Assembly (NCBI GenBank): GCA_030390025.1
Contig: CM059432.1
Location: 92,134,001-92,198,000, forward strand
Source of the DNA: Squalus acanthias
Lineage: Eukaryota
DNA: 64,000 nt
Direction: 5' to 3'
Positions 61,367 to 64,000 of this stretch are shown here, piece after piece; positions within the stretch are counted from its first letter, which is position 1, and each line of letters opens with the position of its first letter. A program made the translations under genes and the position numbers. Below the pieces are notes generated by a model. That model was not told the DNA's origin. It saw only the letters and a program-made list of their open reading frames with translations, and made no database searches.

Positions 61367-63818
61367 TCTGTTTCCTGTCTGTTAACCAATTTTCAATCCA
61401 TGCCAGTATATTACCCCCAATCTCATGATCTTTAATTTTGCACACTAACCTCTTATGTGGGACTTTATCAAAGGCCTTCTGAAAATCCAAATACACCACA
61501 TCCACTGGTTCTCCCTTATCTATTCTACCAGTTACATCTTCAAAAAACTCCAGTAGGTTTGTCAAACATGATTTCCCTTTCATAAATCCATGTTGACTTT
61601 GTCTAATCCCGTTGATATTTTCTAAGTGTCCTGTTATCACATCCTTTATAATAGACTCTAGCATTTTCTCTACTACTGATGTTAGGCTAACCGGTCTGTA
61701 GTTTCCTGTTTTCTCTCTCCCTCCTTTTTTAAATAGTGGGGTTATATTTGCCACCCTCCAATCTGCAGAAACTGTTCCATAATCTATAGAATTTTGGAAG
61801 ATGACAACCAATGCATCCACTATTTCCATGGCTACCTCTTTTAGTACTCTGGGATGCAGATTATCAGGCACTGGGGATTTATCAGCTTTCAGTCCCACTA
61901 ATTTCTCCAGCACTTTTTTTATTAATACTAATTCCTTTAATTCTTCCTTCTCACTAGACCTTTGGTTCCCTAGCATTTCTGGGAAGTTATTTGTGTCCTC
62001 TTCCGTGAAGACAGAACCAAAGTATTTGTTTAATTGCTCAGCCATTTCCTTGTTCCCCCTTATAAATTCTCCAGTTTCTGACTGTAAGGGACCTACATTT
62101 GTCTTCACTAATCTTTTTCTTTTTACATACTTGTAGAAGCTTTTACAGTCCGCTTTTATGTTCCTTGCAACTTTACTCTCATACTCTATTTTTCCCCTCT
62201 TAATCAATCTCTTGGTCCTTTTTTGCTGAACTCTAAACTGCTCCCAATCCTCAGGCTTGCTACTTTTTCTGGCAACTTTATATGACTCCTCTTTGGATCT
62301 AATACTATCCTTAATTTCTTTTGTTAGCCATGGTTGGGCCGCTTTTCCTTTTGTGTTTTTGCACCAGAAAGGAATGTATAACTGTTGCAATTCATGCATT
62401 TGTTCCTTAAATGTTAGCCATTGCCTATCCACCGTCATGCCATTTAATGAAGCTCCCCAATCTATCATAGCCAACTCACTCCTCATACCTTCGTAGTTTC
62501 CTTTGTTTCGATTTAGGACCCTAGTTTCAGATTGGACTTCTTCACTTTCCATCTTAATGAATAATTCTTACATGTTATGGTCACTCTTCCCTAAAGGACT
62601 CCGCACAACAAGATTATTAATTAACCCCTTCCATTACACAATACCCAATCTAGGATAGCCTGTTCCCTAGTTGGCTCCTCAACGTACTGGTCTAAAAAAC
62701 CATCTCGTACACACTCCAGGAATTCATCCTCCACAGTATTATTGCTAATTTGGTTTGGTCAGTCTATATGTAGATTAAAGTCACCCATGATTACTGTAGT
62801 ACCCTTGTTACATGCATCTCTAATTTTCTGTTTGATGCCATCCTCTACATTACCACTACTGTTTGGAGGCCTATAAACAACTCCCACCAATGTTTTCTGC
62901 CCTTTGGTGCTTCTTAGCTCCACCCAGACTGATTCTACATCTTGATTTTCTGAGCCAATATCCTTTCTCACTATTGCTCTGATTTCATCCTTTACTAACA
63001 ATGCCACCCCACCTCCTTTTCCTTTTTGCCTGTCCTTCCTAAATATCGAATATCCTTGGATATTCAGCTCCCAGCCTTGGTCACCCTGCAGCCATGTCTC
63101 CGTAATTGCAATTATATCATATCCGTTTACATCTATTTGTGCTGTTAATTTGTCTACCTTATTAGGAATGCTTCGTGCATTCAGCTACAATGCCTTTAGA
63201 TTTGTCTTTTTAACATTTTTAGACATCTTAACATTTTTTTGTACTATGGCCCTATTTGTCTTATTACCATTTTTTCTTACCCGGACCCTATTTGTCAGTG
63301 CACTCCTTTGTTTGTACGCTCTGTCCCTTCCTGACACAATCTGGTTATCCTTACCCCAATCACTTTCCTGCACTGCTTCCTTGTCTTTTCTCTTTAGCAT
63401 TCTAGATTTCTCTCCACCTCCCCTGCCCGCGCCCCCCCCCCCCCCCCCCCCCCCGCCCCACTTATTTAGTTTAAAGCCCTATCTACCTCCCTAGTTATTC
63501 GATTCACTAGAATTCTGGCCCCAGCATGGTTCAGGTGTAGTCCGTCCCAACGGAACAGCTCTCTCTTTCCCCAGTATTGGTGCCAGTGCCCCACATATTG
63601 AAACCCACTTCTCCCACACCAATCTTTGAGCCACACATTCATCTCCCTGACCCTTTGTCAATTTGCTACTTGTATCCCAATAAATCCCATACCCCTATTG
63701 GCCCTATTCTCATTGACCTTTGCAGGGTTGTCTTCAACCAGAGCAATGAAATTAAATCCTCATCCTCATTTTTGAATCCCTCCCAGACCTTGATCCTCCC
63801 TACCTATGAGACTTTAAA

Positions 63819-64000
63819 CCGAGGCCCCGTTTACTCTCTAAGGTGGACGTAAAAGATCATATGGCATTATTTCGAAGAAGAGCAGGGGGGTTCTCCCTGG
63901 TGTTCTGGCCAATATTTATCTCTCAGCAAACCACACTAAAACAGATTATCTGGCCATTGCTACATTGCTGTTTGAGGGACCTTGCTGTGCGCAAATTGGC
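63819..64000 (+). mobile_element. Deu-domain SINE fragment (runs off the window)
   Basis: Matches the reverse complement of the joined 19592-19640 and 17180-17319 SINE halves. Confidence 0.8.

Larger units (their letters stand above)
57052..63650 (-). mobile_element. Long CR1 LINE (ORF1 C-terminus, ORF2 endonuclease and RT, 3' UTR), split by element H
   Basis: ORF1 SGNH-like DGLHLNHAGARIL at ~63500-63590. Endonuclease motifs ITETWL, YRPP and GDFN. RT motifs QHGF, DFQKAFDKV, GVPQGSVLGP and KFADD. TTTCTATG-type tail at 57052-57072. Stops and frameshifts present. Confidence 0.95.

Noticed and set aside
57121..62552. The 444-aa and 397-aa ORFs as intact genes or a novel RT-transposon fusion
   Set aside because: They are two halves of one CR1 ORF2 that read by chance into or out of the termini of element H. 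The TSD TCT marks the insertion.

Overview
This is eukaryotic, transposon-dense, intronic or intergenic DNA. The CR1, L2, Deu-SINE and Penelope repertoire suggests a cartilaginous fish (shark); that assignment is inference. No intact host protein-coding gene was recognised. The window holds at least eight two-gene PIF/Harbinger DNA transposons or deletion derivatives (A 137-5506, B 2430-3791 nested in A, C 13754-16963, D 21481-26542, E ~28711-30837, F 40204-42540, G 51995-55260, H 58128-61366). Each pairs a HARBI1-like DDE transposase with a convergently transcribed, three-exon Myb/SANT (NAIF1-like) partner gene, and every copy carries lesions. There are also many Harbinger-type MITEs, CR1, L2 and RTE LINE fragments in deeply nested stacks, SINEs, Penelope-derived pieces and two GC-rich minisatellites. 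The leads I rank highest are: (1) repeated deletion of the transposase catalytic core while the Myb gene is kept; (2) a conserved C-terminal RRSxR motif in the Myb partners that resembles nucleosome arginine anchors; (3) minimal hammerhead-ribozyme cores in Penelope-like repeats; (4) a near-perfect palindrome with 667-bp arms built from two MITE copies; (5) a CWNWG target-site preference; (6) a candidate 6-nt microexon and a candidate non-coding exon. All coordinates were read by eye, and the boundaries of degenerate repeats are approximate.
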